From the IMG/VR virus record IMGVR_UViG_3300028591_000109, positions 64,001 through 128,000 of that record: a DNA stretch of 64,000 nucleotides. One strand, given 5' to 3'. The stretch is from a virus. Lineage: Duplodnaviria > Caudoviricetes. Numbering within the stretch: the stretch's first letter is position 1; every line of letters begins with the position of its first letter. The notes beneath the pieces were generated by a model. The model made no database searches. It saw nothing but the letters and a program-made list of their open reading frames with translations, and was not told where the DNA came from. This document shows positions 11,819 through 20,024 of this stretch, piece by piece. The position numbers were made by a program, and so were the translations under genes.

Positions 11819-12322
11819 TCAGACAAGCATCTGAATACCCATCAGGCATTCGATGCGGAACTGCACGGAGGTCTTTGCACCGTCGCGGTCGACGGTGCAG
11901 AGATAGGTGTCTTTGCTGGCTTGCACGAAGGCACGGCTCTGGTCACGGAAGGTGAGAAGCAGATGGCTGGGGGTGCGCTCCAGCGTGAGCAGATGATCAA
12001 GAACGGTCAGCCCGCTGGCATCGCGACTTAGGTCGCGGTCGTCTATCTGACAGTTTACCGTCACCTTATGTAAGCGGCCAGCTGTCTGGTCGCTTTCGTC
12101 GTCTTTGGCCTTGCCTGTCAGTCGCATGATGGGAATGAGTGTGCCGCCAGTGGTGGCGGGCTGCTGGCCGATGGTGATGGCGCGGGTTAGAGTAGGGGAG
12201 AAGGCGGCGACGGCAATGACTGGCTGTAACTGCCAACCAGAGAAGCCGGGATTGAAATCGGTTACGGGGATGGCGGTAATAGCCATGAGGTCGTCTAAGA
12301 CAAATTCTTTGCAGGTGGGCAT
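11819..12322 (-). CDS. Hypothetical virion-associated protein
   Basis: 167 aa from MPTCK; has its own copy of the promoter-like motif. Confidence 0.6.
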   Translation of the reverse strand: MPTCKEFVLDDLMAITAIPVTDFNPGFSGWQLQPVIAVAAFSPTLTRAITIGQQPATTGGTLIPIMRLTGKAKDDESDQTAGRLHKVTVNCQIDDRDLSRDASGLTVLDHLLTLERTPSHLLLTFRDQSRAFVQASKDTYLCTVDRDGAKTSVQFRIECLMGIQMLV

Positions 12323-12336
12323 AGTTTTTTTGCGAC

Positions 12337-12370
12337 AATATCGCAAAACACTGGACGGAAATCAAGGGCA
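12337..12370 (-). promoter_or_regulatory. Promoter-like motif TGCCCTTGA-N20-ATATT (4 of 9)
   Basis: Reverse strand, exact 20-nt spacer, upstream of ATG 12322. Confidence 0.75.
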
Positions 12371-12757
12371 GACGGGACAGAGGATCGGCAGGATGCCGTC
12401 GTAGGCCACCTGACCGAGGTATCCCTGGAGGTAGGCTGCGTCTTCGGTACCGTGGGGTACGTCGTAGTACTGGAGGATAGCGTCCTGCAGGTGGTCGAAC
12501 TCGTGCAGAAGGGAGTTGAGGAACTGCGAGGGGTGAGTGACGTGACCGACAACAAGGACGGACATGCGTGCCCAGGGGACATTAAAAATGAATGCCTTGT
12601 TTGAGTAGTGAATGGTCTGCCAGGCTTTTTCTATCTCCTCCTCGGGACAGGAGAACTCACGGAGGATAGGGCCGAGCTGGACGAAGTCGGCCGGGATGAC
12701 GTCATAATAGGCAAGAATGCCCCAATGACGATCAATGTCTAAGTAATCGCGGGTCAT
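12362..12757 (-). CDS. Small HExxH zinc metallopeptidase-like protein
   Basis: LLHEFDHL motif followed by EDAAYLQGY. Confidence 0.65.
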   Translation of the reverse strand: MTRDYLDIDRHWGILAYYDVIPADFVQLGPILREFSCPEEEIEKAWQTIHYSNKAFIFNVPWARMSVLVVGHVTHPSQFLNSLLHEFDHLQDAILQYYDVPHGTEDAAYLQGYLGQVAYDGILPILCPVCP

Positions 12758-12760
12758 TTT

Positions 12761-12836
12761 AAGTGAAGAGTGAAAAGTGAAGAGTGAAGAATTTGCTTCC
12801 GCGCTGGGCTGCTGTGTTACAGCATCATACCGAACA
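12761..12836. repeat. Composite (AGTGAAG)n-GAATTTGCTTCCGC heptamer element plus REP palindrome
   Basis: The same two families are adjacent at 57641-57740. Confidence 0.8.
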
Positions 12837-13247
12837 TTAAATCATGTCTTCCCAGTATGGGAGGTAATGGGGGCCGAGACCACAGAGGTCTGACATCCAA
12901 CGGTCGAAGAGATAGCCTTCGGCCTTGTCTACATCGTCGATGTAGTCTTTGATGGCGAGGGCGTGATGCTTTGCATCAATGATACTGGAGCCGAGCTGGT
13001 CGGACTTTACCATATTGGCGACGAACACATGGTCGTAGAGGACGTTGTTCTTCAGTTCAACGCCGTTGGTTTTCAGAAGGGCGTCAACTTCCTCGCGAGT
13101 CATTGGGGTGATGCGGACGGGCTTGCCGTCGGGGCCGACCTTCATCATGAGGGAGACGGCATAGTCGCAGAGCTTTTTATTGAAGTGTTTACCAAACTGA
13201 GCGAGATACTTTCTAAGCTCCTCTGGAATTATATCGTACTGGTGCAT
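12837..13247 (-). CDS. Conserved Bacteroidetes phage protein
   Basis: 136 aa; YL..FG.HF.KKLC.YAVS.M and KDYIDD.D motifs. Confidence 0.65.
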   Translation of the reverse strand: MHQYDIIPEELRKYLAQFGKHFNKKLCDYAVSLMMKVGPDGKPVRITPMTREEVDALLKTNGVELKNNVLYDHVFVANMVKSDQLGSSIIDAKHHALAIKDYIDDVDKAEGYLFDRWMSDLCGLGPHYLPYWEDMI

Positions 13248-13373
13248 ATTCTTTCTTTTTTAGGACTGCGACAATGCCGCAGCATACGGGACATTAGGAT
13301 AATAAAAACGGGCGGGCGGCGGGATTGTCGCGGCAAAGAAACGCCGGGCACCGGCGCCCGCCCAAGGGGAGAA

Positions 13374-13712
13374 TTAGTAACCGCGACGGTCACCGCCGCC
13401 GGTATAGGCGGGGTTCTCGCGGAACGTTGGGCCGTAGCCACCCATAGCCGGGCCGTAGCCACCCATCATGTGCTGAGGATAGCCCTCGCGGTAATTGGTG
13501 CCACCACCGTAGTTACGGTAGCCTACGTTGCCCTGCCATCCCATGCCGTAGCCGCCGCGATAGCGGCCACCGCGCTCCTGAATCTGCTGGAGCTCGGGAA
13601 TGTGCTCGGCTAACTTCTCCCACAGGTCACAGACGTTTTCCTTGGCTGTCTGTGCCAGTTCGACGAGCTCGCGCTTGTCTTGCTCGTCACGAAATTCTAT
13701 TCCGAAAATCAT
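13374..13712 (-). CDS. Hypothetical protein with Gly/Tyr/Arg-rich low-complexity C-terminus
   Basis: 112 aa; repeated GGY/RGG; ACGACTATG leader. Confidence 0.7.
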   Translation of the reverse strand: MIFGIEFRDEQDKRELVELAQTAKENVCDLWEKLAEHIPELQQIQERGGRYRGGYGMGWQGNVGYRNYGGGTNYREGYPQHMMGGYGPAMGGYGPTFRENPAYTGGGDRRGY

Positions 13713-13775
13713 AGTCGTTGCTGTTTTAAAGGGTTATTACTATCCGAGCGGCAGAACCGCACGGCACACAGATCT

Positions 13776-14333
13776 CTACTTGCCCTTCGGCGAGGTGCTG
13801 GAAATCTTCTTGTTAAGATCCTGCATCATGGACATCATGGTGTTCATGGTGTTTACCACGTCGCCCATCTGTCCTTTCAGGTTGGCGATATCCTGCTTCT
13901 GCTCTTCCTCCTCTTTGTAGCGAGGATTGAGCGACATCAGGAACTCTTTGCCTTTCACCATAACCGCATCGTCGTAGGGCCGTTCCTCGATGCGCTTCCT
14001 GGCTTTCTGCATCATGGCATCCACAGCGGGCAGCATGCCTTCAGTCGTGCAACTGATAGTAGTCTGTCCGTTGTTGTACGTGGCTGTCGAAGCTGTCGGA
14101 GAGAGATTGGAGAACGGAACGTCCTCATTACCCATGTGGACAACAATCTCCACAACGGGCTGCATCATGTTCGTGCCGGCATAGATACCGGGCGTTGCAC
14201 CAGGTGTCTGTGTCATGTACATTGGCTTTGGTTCTGGTTTGTTAGCCACCGTTGCAACGGTAAGTTGCGGTTCGGTACCACCTTCCTGAAGAATATAGAT
14301 GGGAGAACCTTGCTTTAGACTTTGGAAATCCAT
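13776..14333 (-). CDS. Hypothetical protein with C-terminal coiled coil
   Basis: 185 aa; FQSL.QG.PIYIL N-terminus. Confidence 0.7.
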   Translation of the reverse strand: MDFQSLKQGSPIYILQEGGTEPQLTVATVANKPEPKPMYMTQTPGATPGIYAGTNMMQPVVEIVVHMGNEDVPFSNLSPTASTATYNNGQTTISCTTEGMLPAVDAMMQKARKRIEERPYDDAVMVKGKEFLMSLNPRYKEEEEQKQDIANLKGQMGDVVNTMNTMMSMMQDLNKKISSTSPKGK

Positions 14334-14393
14334 GTTGTTTTACTTTTTGTGTTGGTTAATAGCAGGCTGCGGTGTTTCCGCAGCCTGCGGAGA

Positions 14394-14738
14394 TTAGACG
14401 ACGGTGCGGCTCATCAGTTGGAGGATGCCATTACCAGCGTCGTTGAAAACAGCGAACACGCCGGTGCCGCCTATCAGCTCAGCCACTGTGACGGGCGTGC
14501 CGTCGAAGAGCGTGAGCTGGCGTGTCTGACCGTTGCGGGTCAGCGTGACGGGCAGCGTGGTCGTAGTACCGGCAGGAATGGCATCGGTGAGACGCACGGT
14601 GAAGTAACCTACGGGCGGCAGCGGACGGCGGTTAAAGCCAAGGGCAATATCTACAGCCGTTGTGCCAACGGTTGTGTTGGTGGACTGCAGGTAAGGTATG
14701 CCGCTCTGGTTCGTCGGAATATTGAAATTACATCCCAT
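14394..14738 (-). CDS. Small beta-rich hypothetical protein
   Basis: 114 aa; preceded by AAGGAGGTGA, an SD-like leader unusual for this genome. Confidence 0.7.
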   Translation of the reverse strand: MGCNFNIPTNQSGIPYLQSTNTTVGTTAVDIALGFNRRPLPPVGYFTVRLTDAIPAGTTTTLPVTLTRNGQTRQLTLFDGTPVTVAELIGGTGVFAVFNDAGNGILQLMSRTVV

Positions 14739-14754
14739 AGCTCACCTCCTTCCG

Positions 14755-15837
14755 TTAGAAACCGTAGTTGCCACCGTAGCCGCCAAACATACCGTTAGGA
14801 TAGATACCGCCGCTGACGTAGGGCGTAGCGTTGACAGCCACCAGGTTCGGGTACTGCACGCTCACCGTGTTAGGCAGCTTGCACTTGATATCGTCCACTT
14901 CCTTGTTCAGTCCTGCGAGGGCTGCGTTGACAGGTCCGAGGCTCTGTCCGACCACGCTGGCGATGTACTGGTTCTGGTTCAGTTGACTGATTTCACCCTT
15001 CAGGGCGGTGTTCTTGTCGCGCTCAGCCTCCAGTTTGTCCTGCAGCGTCTGGGTCTGCATCTCGGCGAGTTTGCCGAGGATGGCCTGCGTGTTGCGGTTT
15101 GCGCCGTCGGTGAGGGTGTAGGTCTGCTGGCAGGTGGCCAGCTCGTCCTTGCCTGCGTTCAGCGCCATCTGAGTCTGAATGCCGGAGAGTCCGCGCTCCA
15201 CGCCGTTGAAGCCCTGGTTCAGACCCATCTGCACGCCGTTGAAGCCAGTGTTCATGCCCTGCTGCAGCTGAGATGTCTGTTCGGCGATAGCGAACTTATT
15301 ATCGCAGCAGCACTGACAGAGTTGCTGACTCAGGGCAGCGTTGCCGCTCTGTATAGCGTTGATGATCTGCAGCGGGGTCATGCCCTGCTGGGCAGCGATG
15401 CTTGACAGCGAACTCTGGATGAGCTGGATGCCGCTGTTGACGAGGTTGAAGTCCTGGCCAAGCATGGTGCTCAGTGTCTGGGTAGCCGTGCGTGCCTGTT
15501 CACCCTGCGAGGTGACGGCCTGCATGATGAGCTCACGCCCGTTGTCGTTGTTCAACTGGTTGGCAAGGAACCCTACGCCGTTCGCACCGCCCATGCCGCC
15601 GAAGCCGCCGTTGCCATTCCATCCGAACATGCTGGCGAGGATACCCATGGCGAACAGTTCGGTGATGTTGTTCATGTTCATGGCGTTCCAGCCGTAGCCG
15701 CCGCCACCGAACCCGAAGCCACCGAGGCCGCCACTCATGCCCGCGCCGAGCATGAAGGGTACGATACCGTTGGCAAGCGCATTACCATTACCATTCCCGT
15801 TTGAGTCCGGAATGGAAAAAACTTTCATGTCACTCAT
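14755..15837 (-). CDS. Gly/Asn/Gln-rich coiled-coil protein with QLCQCCCD motif
   Basis: 360 aa from MSDMKVF; GG-rich N-terminus with a hydrophobic segment, CCC motif, long helical region. Confidence 0.75.
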   Translation of the reverse strand: MSDMKVFSIPDSNGNGNGNALANGIVPFMLGAGMSGGLGGFGFGGGGYGWNAMNMNNITELFAMGILASMFGWNGNGGFGGMGGANGVGFLANQLNNDNGRELIMQAVTSQGEQARTATQTLSTMLGQDFNLVNSGIQLIQSSLSSIAAQQGMTPLQIINAIQSGNAALSQQLCQCCCDNKFAIAEQTSQLQQGMNTGFNGVQMGLNQGFNGVERGLSGIQTQMALNAGKDELATCQQTYTLTDGANRNTQAILGKLAEMQTQTLQDKLEAERDKNTALKGEISQLNQNQYIASVVGQSLGPVNAALAGLNKEVDDIKCKLPNTVSVQYPNLVAVNATPYVSGGIYPNGMFGGYGGNYGF

Positions 15838-15909
15838 AATTGTAAAGTGTTTGTGTTGGTTGTGAATAATGTGAATTAACTCGTGGGTTGGCAGAGCCGA
15901 ACCCACGGG

Positions 15910-15917
15910 CAAAGTTA
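15910..15917 (-). promoter_or_regulatory. Bacteroidetes sigma-A -7 element (TAACTTTG)
   Basis: Matches TAnnTTTG, 72 nt upstream of the CCC-protein operon. Confidence 0.6.
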
Positions 15918-15993
15918 TTCACTAATCACTTGACTATGAAGCAAATGAAAGCATATCACCCGAAGCCTACGGTTCATCCGTGAAGTGGCGGTT

Positions 15994-16233
15994 TCAATGT
16001 CTTCTGTTTACTGACATTTCGAGGTGGTGAAGAATGTTATATACCTGTCTGTCGCTGATGTGATGACGCTCAGCCAGCGTTAGGATTACTGCTTTACGAG
16101 TGACCATTGTCTCAGACAATTTCAGGTAATCGCGATACAAGTCGCAATACTTGTAATCTTCCAATCGAATGCCCGCTTCGTTCATTCGTTGAAGTAGCTC
16201 CCTGTTAAATTCTACTAAATCTATTATTCGCAT
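15994..16233 (-). CDS. Small HTH DNA-binding protein
   Basis: 79 aa; LAERHHISDRQVYNIL helix-turn-helix; low GC. Confidence 0.7.
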   Translation of the reverse strand: MRIIDLVEFNRELLQRMNEAGIRLEDYKYCDLYRDYLKLSETMVTRKAVILTLAERHHISDRQVYNILHHLEMSVNRRH

Positions 16234-16279
16234 GGTGCAAAAATGTTAATGTTTAAAATATTCTTATTACCTTTGCACC

Positions 16280-16420
16280 CGCTTCACTTACATTCCAGAG
16301 AACTATAAATGTCTGCTGGTCGCGAAGAGGGCATATACTCCCTCCAGCCTCGGCTGGCAGACATTTCTGTGTTATGATGTAAGTGAAGCGACGGATTAAC
16401 AGGCTGGTGGGAGTTTTTTT
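16280..16420 (+). ncRNA. Putative structured ncRNA: long hairpin with pseudoknot
   Basis: TACCTTTG promoter at 16268; perfect 14-bp stem 16280-16293/16377-16390; inner stem with G-U pairs; loop 16337-16350 complementary to 16401-16414; ends in T-tract. Confidence 0.6.
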
Positions 16421-16460
16421 ATTTCCTTTCCGTCCACCACGGAAAGGTCTATCGAGAGGG

Positions 16461-17042
16461 TTATGCTGCGGATGTAACAGCAAGACGTGTAAGCAGCGAG
16501 CCGCTGACGGTCACTGCGCAAATCATTTCCGCAAGGAGCACGCCCTTGCCGTCGTACCATCGGGAGGGATAGATGCGTCCGTTATGAGAGGGCAGCGCGT
16601 CGCAGCCATAGACTGCCGCGAACAGCAGCCACGCCAGCAGCCACCACGGGCTGATGAGCAGCACGCAGGCCTGCGAGAGGATGCCGCCGAGGATGCCGAA
16701 GACGTTGTGTGCGCGACGATTAACGTGGCTGTCGCTGATGGGCATTGCCCCGCACAGCATCAGGCAGGCAAGAGTAGCGAAGGCGAGGATGCGCCAGTCG
16801 TCAGGCATCGCCGAGCTGAGAGGTATGCACGTGAGCAGGCTAACGGCCCAAATCCACACGATCCACAGCCACTGCCAGCCTCTGGGCAGCTCATAGACCA
16901 GCGCGGAGATGCTGTCGGGCAGAGCTGCGTTCAGCCGTTCGGAGTAACTCTCTGAAACATCAGTGTCGCGCCACCGCCTCCAGATGGCAGTCCCCACGTA
17001 GAGGACTGCCAGGAGGATGGAAGCTAATACAAGATACGTCAT
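16461..17042 (-). CDS. Multi-pass membrane protein
   Basis: 193 aa, about 5 hydrophobic segments. Confidence 0.7.
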   Translation of the reverse strand: MTYLVLASILLAVLYVGTAIWRRWRDTDVSESYSERLNAALPDSISALVYELPRGWQWLWIVWIWAVSLLTCIPLSSAMPDDWRILAFATLACLMLCGAMPISDSHVNRRAHNVFGILGGILSQACVLLISPWWLLAWLLFAAVYGCDALPSHNGRIYPSRWYDGKGVLLAEMICAVTVSGSLLTRLAVTSAA

Positions 17043-17048
17043 AGGCGG

Positions 17049-17612
17049 TTACTCGGCTTGCTGGTTATCGTTCTGACTCTGCGACGGGAACAGGGCCTCG
17101 TAGGGAGCCCAGTCGATGGCATCCTTCTCCCGCCAGCCTGCGGCCAGCGTCTGGTTGATGTGGGCGACGGCCTTCACGTAGAAGTCCTGAGCGCCGGCCA
17201 TCGTCTCGAAGGTGTGGTAGACGGGCGTGCCGTCCTCCCGCTCGCCCAGCTTGAAGGTGACTGGCAGCGTCGCGCCCCCGGTCTGCACGGCGAGGTCGTA
17301 GGCCGCCTTGAAGTTGAACTGGTTCTCGCTGGAGAGCCACACAGAGACGGACTCCTCTGCGCCTTCGGGAGTCCATACGAAACCGGAGAGGATCTTCTCG
17401 TCGGTGCGGGCGTTGATGTCGGCAAGGATGGCGGCCTTCACGTCGGCAAACGAGATGGTGGCGTGCTGACGCTTGTAGAGGTAGACCTCATACCAGGAGG
17501 CAAGGCCGCCTGCCTGTTCAGGCTGCTGCAGTCCATAACATACGGTGACGCGCGAACCCTCGTCGCGCAGTGGAGCGTAGTCGCTCACGGGTCCTGTGGT
17601 CTTGTTCTTCAT
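17049..17612 (-). CDS. Phage tail-fibre-associated protein (DUF4376-like)
   Basis: VWLSSENQFNFKAAYD, TLPVTFKLG and GWREKD motifs; downstream of receptor-binding genes. Confidence 0.6.
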   Translation of the reverse strand: MKNKTTGPVSDYAPLRDEGSRVTVCYGLQQPEQAGGLASWYEVYLYKRQHATISFADVKAAILADINARTDEKILSGFVWTPEGAEESVSVWLSSENQFNFKAAYDLAVQTGGATLPVTFKLGEREDGTPVYHTFETMAGAQDFYVKAVAHINQTLAAGWREKDAIDWAPYEALFPSQSQNDNQQAE

Positions 17613-17699
17613 TGTGATAATTATTTAAATGGGTGAATAATGGTTTTATCGGGATGGCTGCGATGGTATCGCAGCATACTGGACGGAGGGAGATTTCCG

Positions 17700-18338
17700 C
17701 TATGCGGCTCGCTGCATACGGGTCATGTCGGCGTCGAAGTAGCCGATGCGCAGGTACTCGGGACGGAAAAACAGCTCGCGGCGCAGGCGGTAGCTGGCCG
17801 TCTGGCGCAGGATGCCGAGGTAGGAGTTGACCGTGCGCACCACCTTGTCGGGACGGTTGAAGTCCATCTCGCGCAGGTGGCGGCGTATGCGCTGCAGCGA
17901 GGTCAGGTTGCCGTGATCGTCGGGCATCTGGATGGGCACGTCAATGCGCCCGTCCTCCACGTCGCGCCAGTCGAGCACCAGTTCCTTGGGCAGGTACTTG
18001 TCGAACGACTTCTCCTGGAATCCCACGAAGATGTACTCGCCACCAATGTTCTTGGCGAATTTCTTCACTGCCGTGGGCGGAACAATCTCCATGTCGGGGT
18101 GCAGGCGCTTCATCTGCGAGGTGATGACCACGGCCACCAGCCACGCGCTCCACTCGTTGGCGTGCCAGTAGTTTCCGTCGCGCAGCAGGTGAACCACGTT
18201 CCACTTCTCAGGTTCCTTCCTGTCGGCCTCGATGGTTTGGATTTCCTGGTTGGTGAATCCCTTCCGCTCGCCCTGCTGCTTGGGCAGCTGGACTTTGGCA
18301 GACGGTTGGTTCTGTTGTTGTGTCTGTGTTGTTGACAT
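17700..18338 (-). pseudogene. In-frame fusion of a MutS-N-like DGR accessory protein with the C-terminal (thumb) remnant of a DGR reverse transcriptase
   Basis: aa 48-116 VVHLLRDGNYWHANEWSAWL...FVGFQEKSFDKYL resemble the MutS domain I-like accessory protein; aa ~145-212 carry VNSYLGIL..TASYRLRR typical of DGR RT C-termini; no YxDD core; adjacent to two DGR targets. Confidence 0.65.
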
Positions 18339-18365
18339 ATCTCTATTTGTCTATTATTTTTTCTG

Positions 18366-18486
18366 TTGGTTTCCTTCGTCCGCCCCACTGCTGCTGTGCC
18401 GCGCTGGGGCGCGGCGGTGCAGCAGTGAAGCGCACGAAGGAATGGTTCGGGCGGAAGTATTACTGGACCGGCCGAACCGGGAAACC
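18366..18486 (-). repeat. DGR target 3' cis element: IMH-like invariant end plus ~72-nt GC-rich hairpin (copy 1)
   Basis: Identical to 19904-20024; nested stems ttccttcgt/acgaaggaa, cactgctgc/gcagcagtg and gccgcgc/gcgcggc. Confidence 0.85.
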
Positions 18487-19353
18487 GCAGTACCGATCGT
18501 ACGCGCCCTGCGGGCGGACACCATTGGGATAGAAGTACAGGCCCCGGGCGTGGCGAGCCGAATCGAACGTCGACGACCAGAAGTAGCCACTGCCCGTGCG
18601 ATTGACCCACGAACGGCCATAGCCGAGACCGGACGCCGGAAAGAAAAGAAGATTACCGTTGATCTTCGAGCGCAGATAGAGACCGTTGATGCCGTTCACC
18701 GTCACGCGCTTGTCGGCAGCCTTCTTGGCGATGCTGGTCTCTGCCGTCACCACGTTGCCGTCGGCGTCGATGTAGTCGATATTGGCGAACAGCTCCGCGA
18801 AGTCTTCATTGCTTGGCATGCGCCAGGGGGCACCGAGGCAGGCGCGGGCGGCGTCCATCGAGGGAGGTATATTTCCCGTGAGCGTATTACCCGGCGTGTC
18901 GCCGTACACCTGTCCGTCGTACCACGGCTCTGCGGAGTTCACGCTGCCCCAGTTGTAGTCAAAGGCTGATGTGCTGCTGGGATTGTGTCCGTCGGTGTTG
19001 CCCCACGAGAAGAATGAGCACTCGTACTTGAAGGGCGATACTGCGCCGTCCACCTCCTGGAATTTCGACGCCGTGGCGAGGTCGATGGAGGCCTTGGCCC
19101 AGAGCACGCCGGAGGGCAGGCCCATGTCTACGAAGAGGTCGGTATCGACGTAGGGCTTCTGGTATTCCAGGATGTCGCTGAGTTTCTTGCCCGTCTTCAG
19201 GTCAATAACGGCATCCGTCGAGAGGGGCGTCTTGTTGGCGGGCGTACCGTCGTCGTTGAAGAGCATCACCTGTTGAGTTTTGCCGGCGGTGGTGGCTGCC
19301 GTGAGGCCGCTCTGCACGGCCTTCAGGGCGTTAAGTTTGGTAATTGTTTCCAT
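18460..19353 (-). CDS. DGR target protein 1 (C-type lectin-fold variable domain; probable receptor-binding protein)
   Basis: VDMGLPSGVLWA, WRMPS, LFFPASG, YFWSST and GFPVRPV motifs; VR at ~18463-18630. Confidence 0.85.
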   Translation of the reverse strand: METITKLNALKAVQSGLTAATTAGKTQQVMLFNDDGTPANKTPLSTDAVIDLKTGKKLSDILEYQKPYVDTDLFVDMGLPSGVLWAKASIDLATASKFQEVDGAVSPFKYECSFFSWGNTDGHNPSSTSAFDYNWGSVNSAEPWYDGQVYGDTPGNTLTGNIPPSMDAARACLGAPWRMPSNEDFAELFANIDYIDADGNVVTAETSIAKKAADKRVTVNGINGLYLRSKINGNLLFFPASGLGYGRSWVNRTGSGYFWSSTFDSARHARGLYFYPNGVRPQGAYDRYCGFPVRPVQ

Positions 19354-19433
19354 TGCTGTGTTGTATTGTTTCGTTGTTTACTGTTTCTTTTACAAAGAAG
19401 ATTGCGGCGGTGCCGTCGACGGCATCCCGTCGG

Positions 19434-19883
19434 CTATGCGCTGACCACCACCGTGCGGATCATCAGTTCGGCCACGGCCTGCAGCAGCTGCTGGCGGGTG
19501 TACTGCTGCCCGTTGGCAGTGTATGTCTCGCCCTCTAATGCCGTTATCCGTGCGTTGAGTTGGCTGACCCAGTACTCTATGCTTGCGTCGGTGAATATCT
19601 CCCACCCCTCATTGGGCGCCGGGTCGGTGACGACGAACGAGCGCTTACCGTTGACGATGTTCACCACGAACTGGCCGTTCTGCACCGTCAGCGTGCAGGG
19701 CAGGTTCTGCGTAGCGGCGGTGGCGCGGTAGAGCACGCCGTTGATGCCTACAACGGCGTTATTCGGGAACGTCGATGCAGGCGTGAGCGTCGAGATGTCC
19801 ACAGGCAGCAATGCCCCTGCCTCATAAGCCATCTGCAGCTGCCCGAGGTTGACGGCCTTTTCAAGAGTGTTATTGCTTGGCAT
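19434..19883 (-). CDS. Tail-fibre module protein, paralog of 20965-21411
   Basis: Near-identical first 55 aa and similar C-terminus. Confidence 0.75.
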   Translation of the reverse strand: MPSNNTLEKAVNLGQLQMAYEAGALLPVDISTLTPASTFPNNAVVGINGVLYRATAATQNLPCTLTVQNGQFVVNIVNGKRSFVVTDPAPNEGWEIFTDASIEYWVSQLNARITALEGETYTANGQQYTRQQLLQAVAELMIRTVVVSA

Positions 19884-19903
19884 ATTCTTGTTTTATTTTT
19901 CTA

Positions 19904-20024
19904 TTGGTTTCCTTCGTCCGCCCCACTGCTGCTGTGCCGCGCTGGGGCGCGGCGGTGCAGCAGTGAAGCGCACGAAGGAATGGTTCGGGCGGAAGTATTA
20001 CTGGACCGGCCGAACCGGGAAACC
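19904..20024 (-). repeat. DGR target 3' cis element (copy 2)
   Basis: Identical to 18366-18486 at offset 1538. Confidence 0.85.

Noticed and set aside
17613-17700. Candidate location of the DGR template repeat
   Set aside because: No similarity to the VRs; contains only a REP palindrome
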